DNA of 64,000 bases from Mobula hypostoma. Taxonomy: Eukaryota. The position numbers and the translations under genes are program-made. Each line of letters opens with the position of its first letter. The first letter of the stretch is position 1. The DNA lies in assembly GCF_963921235.1 (NCBI RefSeq), contig NC_086108.1:93560001-93624000 (forward strand), given 5' to 3'. The notes under the pieces are model-generated. The model was not told the DNA's origin. It was given only the letters and a program-made list of their open reading frames with translations, and did not search any database. This document shows positions 38,735 through 49,867 of this stretch, in pieces.

Positions 38735-38926
38735 AGCTAATCACTGGTTTTACAAACTGAGCTATTCTGAAGAAGCTGGAGAACTCTGAGTCAGGCACCA
38801 TCATCTCCTGAATTGTTGTTCCTTCCTGTTTTTAAAAATAAATTCAATTGTCTAATGTCAAGGCATTGCTGTTTATATTTTAGAAGTGCATATGCTAAAT
38901 TACTGTAGTGAGAGAGGGGCAGAAGA

Positions 38927-38992
38927 ATGAGCTCCTCCAATCAAATCACTCTCCTGCTGTGGAAGAACTGGACTCTCAGGAAGAGACAAAAG
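38927..38992 (+). CDS. ABCA4: ABCA4 first coding exon (MSSSNQITLLLWKNWTLRKRQK)
   Basis: LLLWKNWTLRKRQK matches the ABCA4 N-terminus; 66 coding nt; donor AAG|GTCAGT. Confidence 0.97.
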
Positions 38993-39239
38993 GTCAGTGA
39001 GTGAACAAAGCCAACAGTCTGCATTCGTTCCCACACCAATGAACAGTAGAAAGGAAATAGCACAGGGAGACTATTAATATGGGATCAAATGTTATGTAAA
39101 CAAGTTCAGGGACTGAGGGAGCAGATTTTCACCAAGTTCAGGTTTACTCTTTTTACTCCAGTGCCTGGTGCTCTCAGTAGACATGGACTTCCTTCCATGG
39201 GAATATGGGTAAGCTGGCTTTTGTGACCAATTCGGTTAT

Positions 39240-39535
39240 AATTATTTACAGATACAGCGCAGATCAGGTCCTTCTTGTCAGGGAGGCACACCACCCAGAA
39301 ACCCACTGATTTAACCCACAAGCTTAATCATAGAACAACTTACAAATGAGCGATTAACCCTACTAACCGGTGCGCCTTAGGCATGTGAGAGAAAACTAGA
39401 GTTCCCAGAAGAAGCCCACGTGCACACGGGAAGAACCTAAAATCTTTCTTACAGAGGATGCCGGAATTGAGCTCTGAACTCTGAATCCCTGAGCTGTAAT
39501 AGTGTCACCCTAACCACTACGTTGCCGTGGCGCCC
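39240..39535 (-). mobile_element. tRNA-headed V-type SINE (HE1-like), degenerate
   Basis: On the minus strand: ggcaacgtagtggttag A-box-like head, V-domain-like ttcttcccgtgtgcacgtggg, CR1-like tail. Related copies near 35170-35480, 48060-48360 and 56190-56425. Confidence 0.65.
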
Positions 39536-39744
39536 ACATGGTAGTTCAGTTCTGGAATTACAGCAAATGGCTTCTATTCAATTCCATGGTAGATGTCCAT
39601 TGTCAATGACAGAATTTGACATTGCTCCACTATCAGGTTATCCACTGCTAGGATACAAAAGTTGTTTTGTTTAGCAGTGACATTTCTTCTGTACACTGGA
39701 CCGGAGATGGCAGATGTAATGCAAATGTTCACACCGTTTATGAG

Positions 39745-40080
39745 GGACATGGATAGGGCAAATGCAAGCAGGCTTTTTCCACTGTTGGGTGAGATTGCAA
39801 CTAGAGATCATAGGTTAAGAGTGAAAGGTGAATTATTTAAGCGGAATCCTAGGGGGAGCTTCTTCCATCAGAGGGTGGTGCAAGTGTGGAATGAGCTGCC
39901 AGTGGAAGTGGTGGATTCAGCATCTATTACAAAGTTTAAGAGAAATTTGGATAAATAGACGGATGGGAGGGGTATGAAGATGTATGGTCCAGGTGAGGTT
40001 TGATGGGACTAGAATAACAGCTTGGCATGGACTAGATGGGCCAAAGGGCCTGTTCTGTGCTGTAGTGCTCAATGACTCTG
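39745..40080 (+). mobile_element. CR1 3' end
   Basis: RLFP...TRDHRLRVKG...FFHQRVVQVWNELP. Confidence 0.85.
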
Positions 40081-40399
40081 TCCGAGGTTTCCTCTGATTC
40101 TGCAAGCCAAAATGAATATACCTAAGACTAAGAAAAAATTAAAGTCAAAAGAAAATAAAATAAGAATTTTAATTAGGTATTTAGACATAGGATGACCTGT
40201 AGACTAGTCACCTAATATAAGATCAGTTAAGATGAGGTTTTGGTGTGTTTATATGTATGGTTAATGGTGCCTTTGCATGGTGATTAAGTTTCTAGTCTTC
40301 TGTCTGGAGACGCGGTCTACAAATACAGCATAACTAATTCAAATCCCACCATGACAGTCGGGAATTTAAATTCTGGGAAATAAATACATCTAAAAATAT

Positions 40400-40860
40400 C
40401 AAATCAAGTCAAGCTTATTGTCATTTAACTATACATATATACCATCAAATGAGATAATGTTTCTCCAAACTGCACTGTAGCATACATAACACATAATAAC
40501 TTATGAAAGTAAGGATGAAATCTACAGATGGATTAAAACAGATAAACAAACTAAAGTGCATGAATTAAATATTGAAGGGTACAGAACAGATTAACCAGCT
40601 GCACTTTGAATGCAATGCGGCAGGGAGTTCAGAAGCCTAATGGCCTGGGGGAAGAAACTGTTTCCCACCCTGACCGTTCTTGTCTTTATGCATCAGACTC
40701 TCCTGTCTGATGGTAGAAAGTCAAAGAGGATGCTGGATGGATGGTTGGGATCCTTAATAATATTAAGGACCCTGCATACGCAGCGCTCATAACTGTCCCC
40801 GAAGTATGGTTGGGAGACCCCTGTGATCCTCTCAGCTGTTTTCACAGTCCTTTGTAAATG
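40400..40860 (-). mobile_element. Rex1 3' end
   Basis: KHLQRTVKTAERITG...IIKDPNHPS..LFDFLPS.RR. Confidence 0.8.
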
Positions 40861-42001
40861 CTTGCATTGGCAATGGTAACCTTGAAATGATCGGATTAAC
40901 ATTTTTAAAAAAACCTTATTTATCAAGGTCTCACAGGGAAGAAAATATGCTGCCTTCCCAATTACTTGACTCTCAACTGAGAAGTCCTATTAATGGGCAC
41001 CTTACTCAGATTTTCAAGAAAAAAGAACGGACATATTTTCATCTGAGTTGCTGAGTTTTTAGTCTTTCTGATGATCAAAGTTACTGATATGTATAATCCT
41101 TGAGCTGTCATTTACTCGAGGAGTTAGCTGTTTGTTGAGTCATTTCTGTTGCATTAGCACCGTGTGCACAGTCTTGCTGTCGATGGTGTGTCATATCCAA
41201 TCAATCTTGAAGATAGCTCTAATATAGAAGTGAAACGCCTTAATGAAGAGACATGCACAAATTGGGTAATTCATGAACCACAGCATATCATTAACATGGT
41301 GTTCAGAGTCAGAATCAATTTAATATCACAGCCATATGTTGTGAAATTTCTTGTTATGAGGCAGCAGTAATTTCAATGCATAATAATAACTGTAAATTAG
41401 TGAAATATAGTCACAGTCATGCCTTCTTTGTAACTTGTAACTGCATCAATACGTGGGTCCCGGTGAGATCCTCAGAGATGTTGACTCCCAGGAAATTGAA
41501 ATTGCTCACCCTTTTTAATTCTGATCCCTCAATGAGGACCGTTGTTGCCAGAAATTAAGACAGAGGAGCATTTTAATAATAGCAACTAAGGTGGACAGGA
41601 GAATAAAGGAAAAGGATACATGTCAACTACTTAGACAGATAAATGGCTCATTTGGTAAACCATCTATTACTACTTTTAAACTGTCTGAGCTTGGCAAGAA
41701 CAATACTGCAGCCAGTGCAAAAGTTTATTTTAGGTCTATTAAGACAAGGAATAGTTTATTCCCAATCCTTTATCTAGAGTTTGTCATTACTCAAAGACAA
41801 CATTGTTGACTTTTTTTCCTTCTAGATATCATAGTTGAATCATTTGTCCTTCTATCCCAGCTCCCAGTAAACATGAACAATCTGCTTATTGGTTCTGAAA
41901 TACACATGCTCAACTTGTACAGTGGGGTTTTAGGGTTGTGAATCCATTGCAGCATCTGAGGGGAGGTTTTGAGTTTCTCCAAACAGACATTATACGTGAT
42001 G

Positions 42002-42537
42002 CAGTACTATGCAGAAGTCTAAGGCACATATATATAGCTAAGCTGCTTGAGACTTTTGCATGGTACTGTAGTAATTTTATGTATTGCACAGTACTGCTGC
42101 CACAGAAAAAAACAAATTTCATGATGTACAAGAGTGATGATAAACCTGATTCTGATATGGGTCTCTACTGTGGACTGAGAGTGGGAATGGAGCAGGGAGA
42201 GGGGAATTGTGGTTGGGAAAAGGAGAAGAGAGAGAGGGAAGCACCAGAGAGACATTCTGTAATGCTCCATAAAGCAATTGTTTTGAACCAAATGACCTTG
42301 CCTGGTGTCTCAGGGCTGTGTGTGTCTGCACTTACACCACATTCACTCCCACCCCGACCCTGGCGCTCCTTCTCTCCCACAGACTTCCTGCGGTGCTCCA
42401 CCCTTACCATCCCCAACACCCTTTGTTCCCGTCAGATTTAGAAACTCTCTGCTCCACTTTGACAAATACAGTACTGTGCAAAAGTCTTAGGCACCCTAGC
42501 TATATATATGTGTGTCTAAAACTTTTGCACAGAACTG
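42002..42537. mobile_element. Composite non-autonomous element bounded by two inverted ~68-bp Tc1-type mini-MITEs
   Basis: 42002-42068 and 42469-42537 each fit CAGTACTGTGCAAAAGTCTTAGGCA...TGCCTAAGACTTTTGCACAGTACTG with a few mismatches; their spacers are in opposite orientation. Confidence 0.75.
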
Positions 42538-42747
42538 TGCAGTCATCCTGTACACTGATAAAAGTGCACAACAGTGGTTAATGAAATGACGACATTTATA
42601 GAGTCATACAGAACGGGAACAGGCCTTTAACCCAAATGGCCAATGCTGACAAAACTGTTATCCAAGCTTGTCCCACTTGCAGCCTTTGACCCAACTCCTT
42701 CCAAACCTTTCCTCTCCAGTTAACTGTACAACTGTCTTCTAAAGGTA

Positions 42748-43190
42748 ACACACACACAATGCCTGAGGAACTCAGCAGGCCAGGCAAGTTCTATGGAAAA
42801 GAGTAAGCAGTCAAAGTTTTGGGCCGAGTCTCTTCATCAAGACTGAAGAAAAGGATGAGAATTCGGAGTAAGAGGTGGGGAGAAGGGAGGAAAATGTACA
42901 AGGTGGTAGGTGATAGGGGAAACTGGGAGGGGTGCAGTAAAGAGCTGGGAAGTTGATTTGTGAAAGAGATAAAGGGCTGGAGAGGGGGGAATCTGATAGG
43001 GGAGGGTAGAAGACCATGGAAGAACGGGAAGGAAGAGGAGGCCCAGAGGGAGATGATGGGCAGGTAAGGAGATAGGGTGAGAGAGTGAAACAAGAATGGG
43101 GAATGGTAAAGGAGAAGGGGAAAACAATTACTGGAAGTTTGAGATGTCGATGTTCATATCATCAGGTTGGAGGCTACCCAAACAGGATTG
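42748..43190 (-). mobile_element. Penelope-like 3' end
   Basis: LGSLQPDDMNIDI remnant, pyrimidine-rich UTR, decayed hammerhead motif, pLTR body. Confidence 0.8.
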
Positions 43191-43502
43191 TTATTGTACG
43201 CGTCTCAATTATTTCCTTTGGCAGCTCACTCCACATACATACCCTCTGTGTAAAAAAATAGTTGCTCCTCAAATTTGTATTAAATCATTCCCCTCTCATC
43301 TTAAACCTATAATCTATTGTTTTTGCTTCACCAACCCGAGGGAAAAGATTCACCCTAGCTATGCTCCTTATGATTTTATGCAGATGAACCATTTGCAATA
43401 CATAGAAATACACATTTTATGACTGAAACTTTATTTGGAACAAAAGTCAGGCAGATTTTAATACAGCTATTAACTGACAGCTGATTTCTAATCTCTGACC
43501 AG

Positions 43503-43596
43503 CTTCGCTTCCTGGTGGAACTTGTTTGGCCTCTCTCTCTTTTCCTTGTTTTGGTTTGGCTGCGGAAATCAAATCCTCTCTACCAGCAACATGAAT
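43503..43596 (+). CDS. ABCA4: ABCA4 coding exon 2 ([33 protein letters not shown]1)
   Basis: 94 nt, CAG| and |GTGAGT, phase 0/1; matches ABCA4 residues 23-53. Confidence 0.97.
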
Positions 43597-44126
43597 GTGA
43601 GTAATATTGAAGCTGATGTACGTTGTTGGTTTTACCATTATATCTGAATCACCTCAGTGTTGAAAAGATAGAATCGTTGCTTTCGAAACTCCAGACCCAT
43701 AAATTGAAAACTGAACCCAACAACATACCAGAAGAAGCTGCTGTGGAGGAAACTGTTGAAAACTGAATATTGCTGGCTGGAGTCCCTGTCTGTTTTTGAT
43801 CAGAACAATAACTGCAGCACCATAAGCTGCCCTAATTCATCAATCTCTTTCCCCAAGTGGTGCATATTTCATGGACAGAGAATACCAACAATAGGGCTGG
43901 ATTAGCTCTCTGGTGTTTCAGCTGAAGCTGAATAGTTGACGTGGTTCCAAACCACTTAGTTTGACTGAAGTATTTGTGCAATCACGAGAAGCAGGGGAAA
44001 ACAGAGCTCCTTTCTTTGGGCACAACACCTTTGTTTTTAATAGAATTTAAACAAGTTTCAAAGAAAGAGTACTGAAATAAACTTAGAGACAACACTCTTT
44101 TGAAATTTCTTTTCCCCCCTGTTTAG

Positions 44127-44268
44127 GCCATTTTCCCAATAAAGCAATGCCCTCTGCGGGAATGTTACCATGGTTACAGGGAATTTTCTGTAATCTCAAC
44201 AACCCCTGCTTCCAGTACCCTACTGATGGAGAATCTCCTGGTGTGGTTTCAAACTACAGAAATTCCAT
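44127..44268 (+). CDS. ABCA4: ABCA4 coding exon 3 ([47 protein letters not shown])
   Basis: 142 nt, TTTAG| and |GTAAGT; conserved C54, C75 and C81. Confidence 0.98.
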
Positions 44269-45104
44269 GTAAGTAAAATTTATGGACTCATAATGATATT
44301 TACCACTTACTATGATTCACTTGAAATCTCTTAAAAACCTTAGATAGGAACAGTTTTTGGCAGTTTTGATGTATTTAATAATATAAGTGTGTGTGCCACT
44401 CAAATAACTGGAGAAAAAACACTTAGTCATTCACAAATTATTAAAAATAAAATGTAAGGGTCAACATTTTGTAGCTACAGATGTTTCAGATGTCCTTTCC
44501 TCTTTTCTCCCCAGTCCTTACTTTGATCTGTCACCCTCTGGTTGTGACTTGTAGCAGTTGTCCTTTCACGTCACAGTGATCATTTGGCACAGAGGGATGT
44601 GTGTGTTTGGGAAACAATGAAGGGGTGAAGAGATAGTGCACGTACATCAACTACTTTACTCTGATTAGCTTTCCTCTTCCCAATGGCTCCACAAAGTTTG
44701 TTATCATCACCAACGACTGGATTAAGTCCAGTCGTCACTTCAACAGTAGCAGCAATCAAATCTCCAGAGACACAAGAGATTTTGCAGATGCTGGAAATTG
44801 TAAGGAACACACACAAGTGCCAGTCTTGGTGAAGTGTTTTGGCCCGAAACATCGAAGGTTTAATTCACTCCACAGGTACCGCCTGACTTGCTGAGTTCCT
44901 CCAGCACTTAGTGTGCATTGCTCATGAAATCTCCAGCCTTGGGGTTATTACAGGTAACCTGATGCCTGAGCAAGTGCGATTGTGGGACTATACCAAAATA
45001 TTTTTTACTCTACTGTCAGATTGATCCATTTAAATGCATTAATCTTAGGATGAAGTTTCAAAAGATTTATTGCTAACTTGTGTGTTGATCGACATTAAGT
45101 ATAA

Positions 45105-45270
45105 GGTGGCATGGTAGTGTAGCGGTTAGCATAACACTATGAGGGTGCAAGCAGCCTGGGTTCGATTCCTGCGACTGCCTGTGAGGAATTTGTATGTTCT
45201 CCTCATGACTGCATGGATGCTCCAGTCTGAAAGGGCCTGTTGCTATGATGTATCACTAAATAAAAACAAA
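45105..45270 (+). mobile_element. tRNA-derived V-SINE, internally deleted
   Basis: A box TAGTGTAGCGG, B box GGGTTCGATTCC, V-domain tttgtatgttctcc, CR1-type tail gggcctgttgctatg. Confidence 0.75.
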
Positions 45271-45369
45271 TAAATAAATATCCCCCGTGCCACAAAGGTC
45301 ACTCAAAGAATCATGCATTATACAACTTACCACAAGTACATTTGAGGGGCACTGTAAATCATTGTTTAT

Positions 45370-46390
45370 TCTTTCAAAGATTCAAAGTATATTTATTATC
45401 AATGTATGTATGCAGTACACAACCCTGAGGTTTGTCTTTCCACAGACAGCCACAAAACAAAGAAAACTATGGAGTGACCCCTCCATAGCGGACGGTGATG
45501 CAACCAGTTAGGATGCTTTCCACGATAGAAACTTGCGAGTGTCTTTGTCTTTGGTGACATTCCAAATCCTCCTCGAGCTCTTAATGAAATATAGCCACTG
45601 CTGTGCCTTTGTAATTGCATCAAGATGTTGGGCCCAGGATAGATCCTCAGAGATGTTGACGCCCAGGAACCTGAAACTGCTCACCCTTTCCACTTCTCAT
45701 CCCTCGATGAGGAGTGATGTGTTCCCCTGACTCCCCCTTCCTGTAGTCCACAATCAATTCCTTGGTCTTTCTGATGTTGAGTGCAAGGACATTGCTCAAT
45801 CAGCTGATCTACCTCACTCCGAATGCATCCTCATTAACACCTGAAGTTCTGCCAACAGTAGTTGTATTGATGGCAAATAAATAGATGGTGTTTGAAATGT
45901 GTCTAGCCACACAATTGTGGGTGTAGAAAGAGTAAAGCAGTGTCGAACCGCACATCCTTGAGGTGCTCCGGTGTTGATTGTCAGAAAGGGAGAGATGTTA
46001 ATTCTGATTCGCACGGACTGTGGTTTCCCAGTAAGGAAGTCAAGGATCCAGTTGCAGAGGGAGGTACAGAGGGTATGACTGTGTTGAACACTGAACTATA
46101 GTCAATAAACTGCAGCCCAACATAGGTATTACTATTGTCCAGGTGATTACAGCCTTTAATGATGTTAGGTTTCATTTGTAAGAAGTAATGGTTTGCAAAC
46201 CCTGCCAGACCTGACATGCATCTAATTCAATCTCTAATCACAATCGGAATTGTTTTCTTGCCCATAAAATAGCCTTCCATATTTCATACCTGGACTTCTT
46301 GTATAGTTCTGGATCACTGTTCCGAAATGCCACAGATCTAGTCCTCAGCAAACTATGAATCTACAAGTTCATACATGACTTTTGGTTTGA
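45370..46390 (-). mobile_element. Rex1 fragments
   Basis: [41 protein letters not shown]. Confidence 0.85.
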
Positions 46391-46434
46391 GTATTGCATA
46401 GAAGTGGTTCTTTATTCCAAGAAAATAGTGATAA

Positions 46435-47075
46435 AGGGATTCCCTAAAGGTTAACTTGCAGTGGTAAGGAAGTCAAATGCATTGTTAACATTTATTTTGA
46501 GAGGACTGGAATATAAATGCAAGGATATAATGCTGAGGCTTTATAAGGCATTGGTCAGACCACACTTGGAGTTTTGTGAGCAGTTTTGGTCCCCTTATCA
46601 AAGAAAAGTTGTGCTGGCATTGGAAAGTCCAGAGGAGGTTCGCAAGTATGATCCCAGAAATGAAAGGGTTTGAGCATTTGATGGCTCTGGGCCTGAACCC
46701 ACTGGCGTTTGAAAGAATGCGGGGGGATTGAATATTGAAAGGTCTAGACAGAGTGGATGTGGAGATGATGTTTCCTATAGTGGGGAGTCTAGGACCAGAA
46801 GGCACAGCTTCAAAAAAGAGGGATGTCTGTTTAGAACAGATGAGGAAAAATTTATTTAGCCAGAGGGTGGTGAATCTGTAGAATACATTGCCACATATGG
46901 TTGTGCAGGCCTTAAGGTGGGGTTGATTTGTTCTTGATTAATCAGAGAATCCAAGGTTTCGGAGAGAAGGCAGGAGAGTATGGTTGTGAGGAATAATTAG
47001 ACCAGATGGAATGGTGGAGCAGATTCGATTAACCAAATAGCCTAATTCTGGTTCAATGTCTTATAGTCTTATGGA
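46435..47075 (+). mobile_element. CR1 3' portion
   Basis: RGLEYKCKDIMLRLYKALVRPHLEFCEQFWSP; tail tcttatagtcttatgg. Confidence 0.88.
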
Positions 47076-47299
47076 ACCCGTTCAAAGAAAAAAACATCAA
47101 ACCATCCCCCCATGTGCAAAAAAGAACAAATGGCGCAAATGAGGGGAAAGCACAGAATATAAAGTATCAAACCACAAAAATAATCAAAGCAGTCCGGGAA
47201 TGTTCATTTCACCTTCTCATATGAAAGTTTTGATTCCTTCTGGAGAACAGTTCTTTCAAATTCCTCCTTGTTATGGTCATAGTAAGCATCAGGAAGTAA

Positions 47300-47910
47300 G
47301 ATGTTCCCCTGTGGCTGTCCCCCTCACTAACAGGTACTGCTGGATTCTGTTGAGGAGGACGTTCTATCAGAAGTTAGCAGCAATACTCAGCTCTCCAGCT
47401 CAATCACTGGCCTTGAGGCTCAAAGGGAAAGGGTGCAGTCCGACAGGGCAATAGGGATATGAGACTCAATAGAGAGGCACATGGACAGGAGATTACGTGG
47501 CCACAGAAAAGTAGCCAGGGTGGTGCGTTGCCTCCTGGGTGCTAGGACCAAGGATGTCTGAGTACTTCTCAAGGGGGAAGGGCAAACAGCCAGAGGTCAT
47601 TGTACATGTTGGCACAACTAACATACCTGTAGGTAGACATGGGATGAGGTCCTGCAGAATGGGCGTAGGGAGCTAGTTAAGAAATTAAAATGCAGGGGCT
47701 CGAGGGAAGTGATCTCTAGATTACTGCTGGTACCATGTGTTAGTGAATTCGGGAATAGAAAGATAGACCAGTTAAACGTATTGCTGGAGAGCTGGCATAG
47801 GATCAAGGATTTGGGTTCCTGGATGATTGTGGTCTCTCCTATGGTTGAGGCCACTTGTACATGAGGGTTGAGTTGCACCTGAACTGGAAGGGTCCAATAT
47901 CCTGGAGGAG
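47300..47910 (+). mobile_element. Degenerate CR1 ORF1 (SGNH esterase-like) fragment
   Basis: Remnants GDS...DRR..GH...VVRCL.GAR.KDV, VIVHVGT, ISRLLLVP and LHLNWKG. Confidence 0.65.
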
Positions 47911-48519
47911 AGAGCTTGGAGGGTTATGGGCCAAAGGTGGACAACTGGGTCTAGCAGAGAGGATATAGTGGTTGGTGTGGATCAGTTGGGCCAAAGGGTC
48001 TGTATCTACGCTGTATTACTCTGGAATACTGTAGCTGAGGCCCACCAGACCTCATACCTCCAGCACCCTATCTTGGATTCTGTGCTCTGGTGCATTGTAG
48101 CTGAGATTTCTCATTCTTCCTGTAACCACATAGATTTCTCCTGGATGCCTTGGTTTCCTCCCAAGTCCAAGAAACATGTTGATTGGCTGCTGTAAATTGC
48201 CTCGGTGTCGGTGAATGGTTATAGAATCAGGGGAGAGAGTGTGGGTTACAGGGGAAACAAGTGAGGGAAGTGAACTGATGGCATTGCTCTGAAAGGCGAT
48301 GTAGACCCACTGAACTGAATGGTGAACGTCTATGTTGTCAGGAGATATGAGAAATAAATATACAAACCTCCACATGTCCCAACCATAACAGTAAAGTTGA
48401 CTGACTTTTATTAATGTGGTAAGCATGACCCTCCAACTGCTTGTATGGCCGAGATTGGCCAACTCTGAGTAGGCTAAGGACTGGTGTTACCTAGATTTGC
48501 TCTTCAACACTGCTTTTTC

Positions 48520-48930
48520 AGAATCAGGTTTAATATCATCAGCATATGTTGTGAAATTTGTTCTCACTGTGGCAGCAGTACATTGCAATACATAATAATG
48601 GAGAAAAATAATTGAGTATCACAGCAGGTATGTATATATTAAACAGTCAAATTAAATAAGTAATGCAAAAATAAAAATTAAAAGAAAAGTAGTGAGGTGG
48701 TGTTCATGGGTTCAATGTCAATTCAGAAATCGAATAGCAGAGGGGAAGAAACTGTTCCTGAATCGCTGAGTGTGTGCCTTCAGGCTTCTGTACCTCCTCC
48801 CTGATGGTAGCAATGAGAAGAGGACATGCCCTGGGTGATGGGCGTCCTAAATGATGGATGTCACCTTTTTGAGATCGCTTGTTGAAGATGTCCTGGGTAT
48901 TACGGGAGCTAGTGCCCATGCTGGAGTTGA
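48520..48930 (-). mobile_element. Rex1 3' end
   Basis: HPGHVLFSLLPSGRRYRSLKAHTQRFRNSFFP; (CTGATT)-type tail. Confidence 0.85.
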
Positions 48931-48936
48931 ACTTTG

Positions 48937-49197
48937 TTACTTACTGCTGGCGTTTAGGGCAGCAATGAAGGTCCTCCATCACAGACATAGAACGATTCTT
49001 CATTGCTGTTTGACCAGTCAGGGTTGTTAGGACCGGTGGACCACTTTTAGTCTGGCCTCTACCCTTTGACCTGTTTGACATGGGTGACCCTATCAAGAGC
49101 TAAAGCATAACGCCCTGACTCCAGCCAACATGGCTCTCTGGATAACGGAGGCACGCAAGCCTCCAAACCACGACAAGGTTGTGTTCCTCTTGAAGGA
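48937..49197 (-). mobile_element. Non-autonomous RTE/Expander-like element, second copy
   Basis: Reverse-complement match to 37050-37396 with internal deletions. Confidence 0.7.
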
Positions 49198-49288
49198 TGT
49201 TGTTGTAAGGTAGCAGTTAAATATTCGTGCAGTGAGGATCTTGTGTGGAAAACCTAACATGTTTGTATTCTTCTGGTCTTCTTTCTAG

Positions 49289-49428
49289 ACTTGCACGTAT
49301 ATATGCGGATGCTCAGGAGCTGCTGTTTAATAAACCTGAAATTCATAAGCTGCGCATAATCTGGGATGACATTGGCTTTCTATCTGACTTCATGGATATA
49401 CTCAGAACCAATCCCAGGAGAGTTGCAG
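49289..49428 (+). CDS. ABCA4: ABCA4 coding exon 4 (ILARIYADAQELLFNKPEIHKLRIIWDDIGFLSDFMDILRTNPRRVA)
   Basis: 140 nt, TTCTAG| acceptor; in-frame joining to exon 5 requires the non-canonical donor CAG|GCAAGG. Confidence 0.93.
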
Positions 49429-49689
49429 GCAAGGAGTTATGCATTTATACATAAATAATATTTCAAGAACTCAGACTATAAAACAATAAGGCATAGGAGC
49501 TGAAAAGGCCATCTGGCCCATCGAGTCTGCTCTGCCATTCGCTCATGGCTGATTTATTATCCCCCTCTATCCCATTCTTCTGCATTCTCCCTGTAACCCT
49601 TTGATGCCCCGACGAATGAATCTCTGCTTTAAATATGCCCAATGACTGAAGTGAGGCCACAGATGTAATTTAGGACACATAACAATGTG

Positions 49690-49867
49690 ACAGGGTGGAG
49701 ATACATGTAAGGTGTTCCTGCAGGTCACCCTTGGGCAAGGTGTAGCACCTGCTTAGTCCCCACCCCCGCCAGTCAGGGTGACGTGAAGCCATGGAGTAGG
49801 GGATGGATGGTCATGGAAAGACCATGATTTCCCACGTGATACGAAACGGCACATAACGAACGAACGA
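49690..49867 (+). mobile_element. Deleted copy of the RTE-derived SINE-like element, (ACGA)n tail
   Basis: gcaggtcacccttgggcaaggtgtagcacctgc...ggcacataacgaacgaacga. Confidence 0.7.

Noticed and set aside
41938..42441. 167-aa ORF in ABCA4 intron 1
   Set aside because: It spans a MITE and a LINE-tail composite with no domain similarity; chance ORF.
45105..45180. tRNA gene
   Set aside because: A and B boxes are present but run into a SINE V-domain, with no complete cloverleaf.
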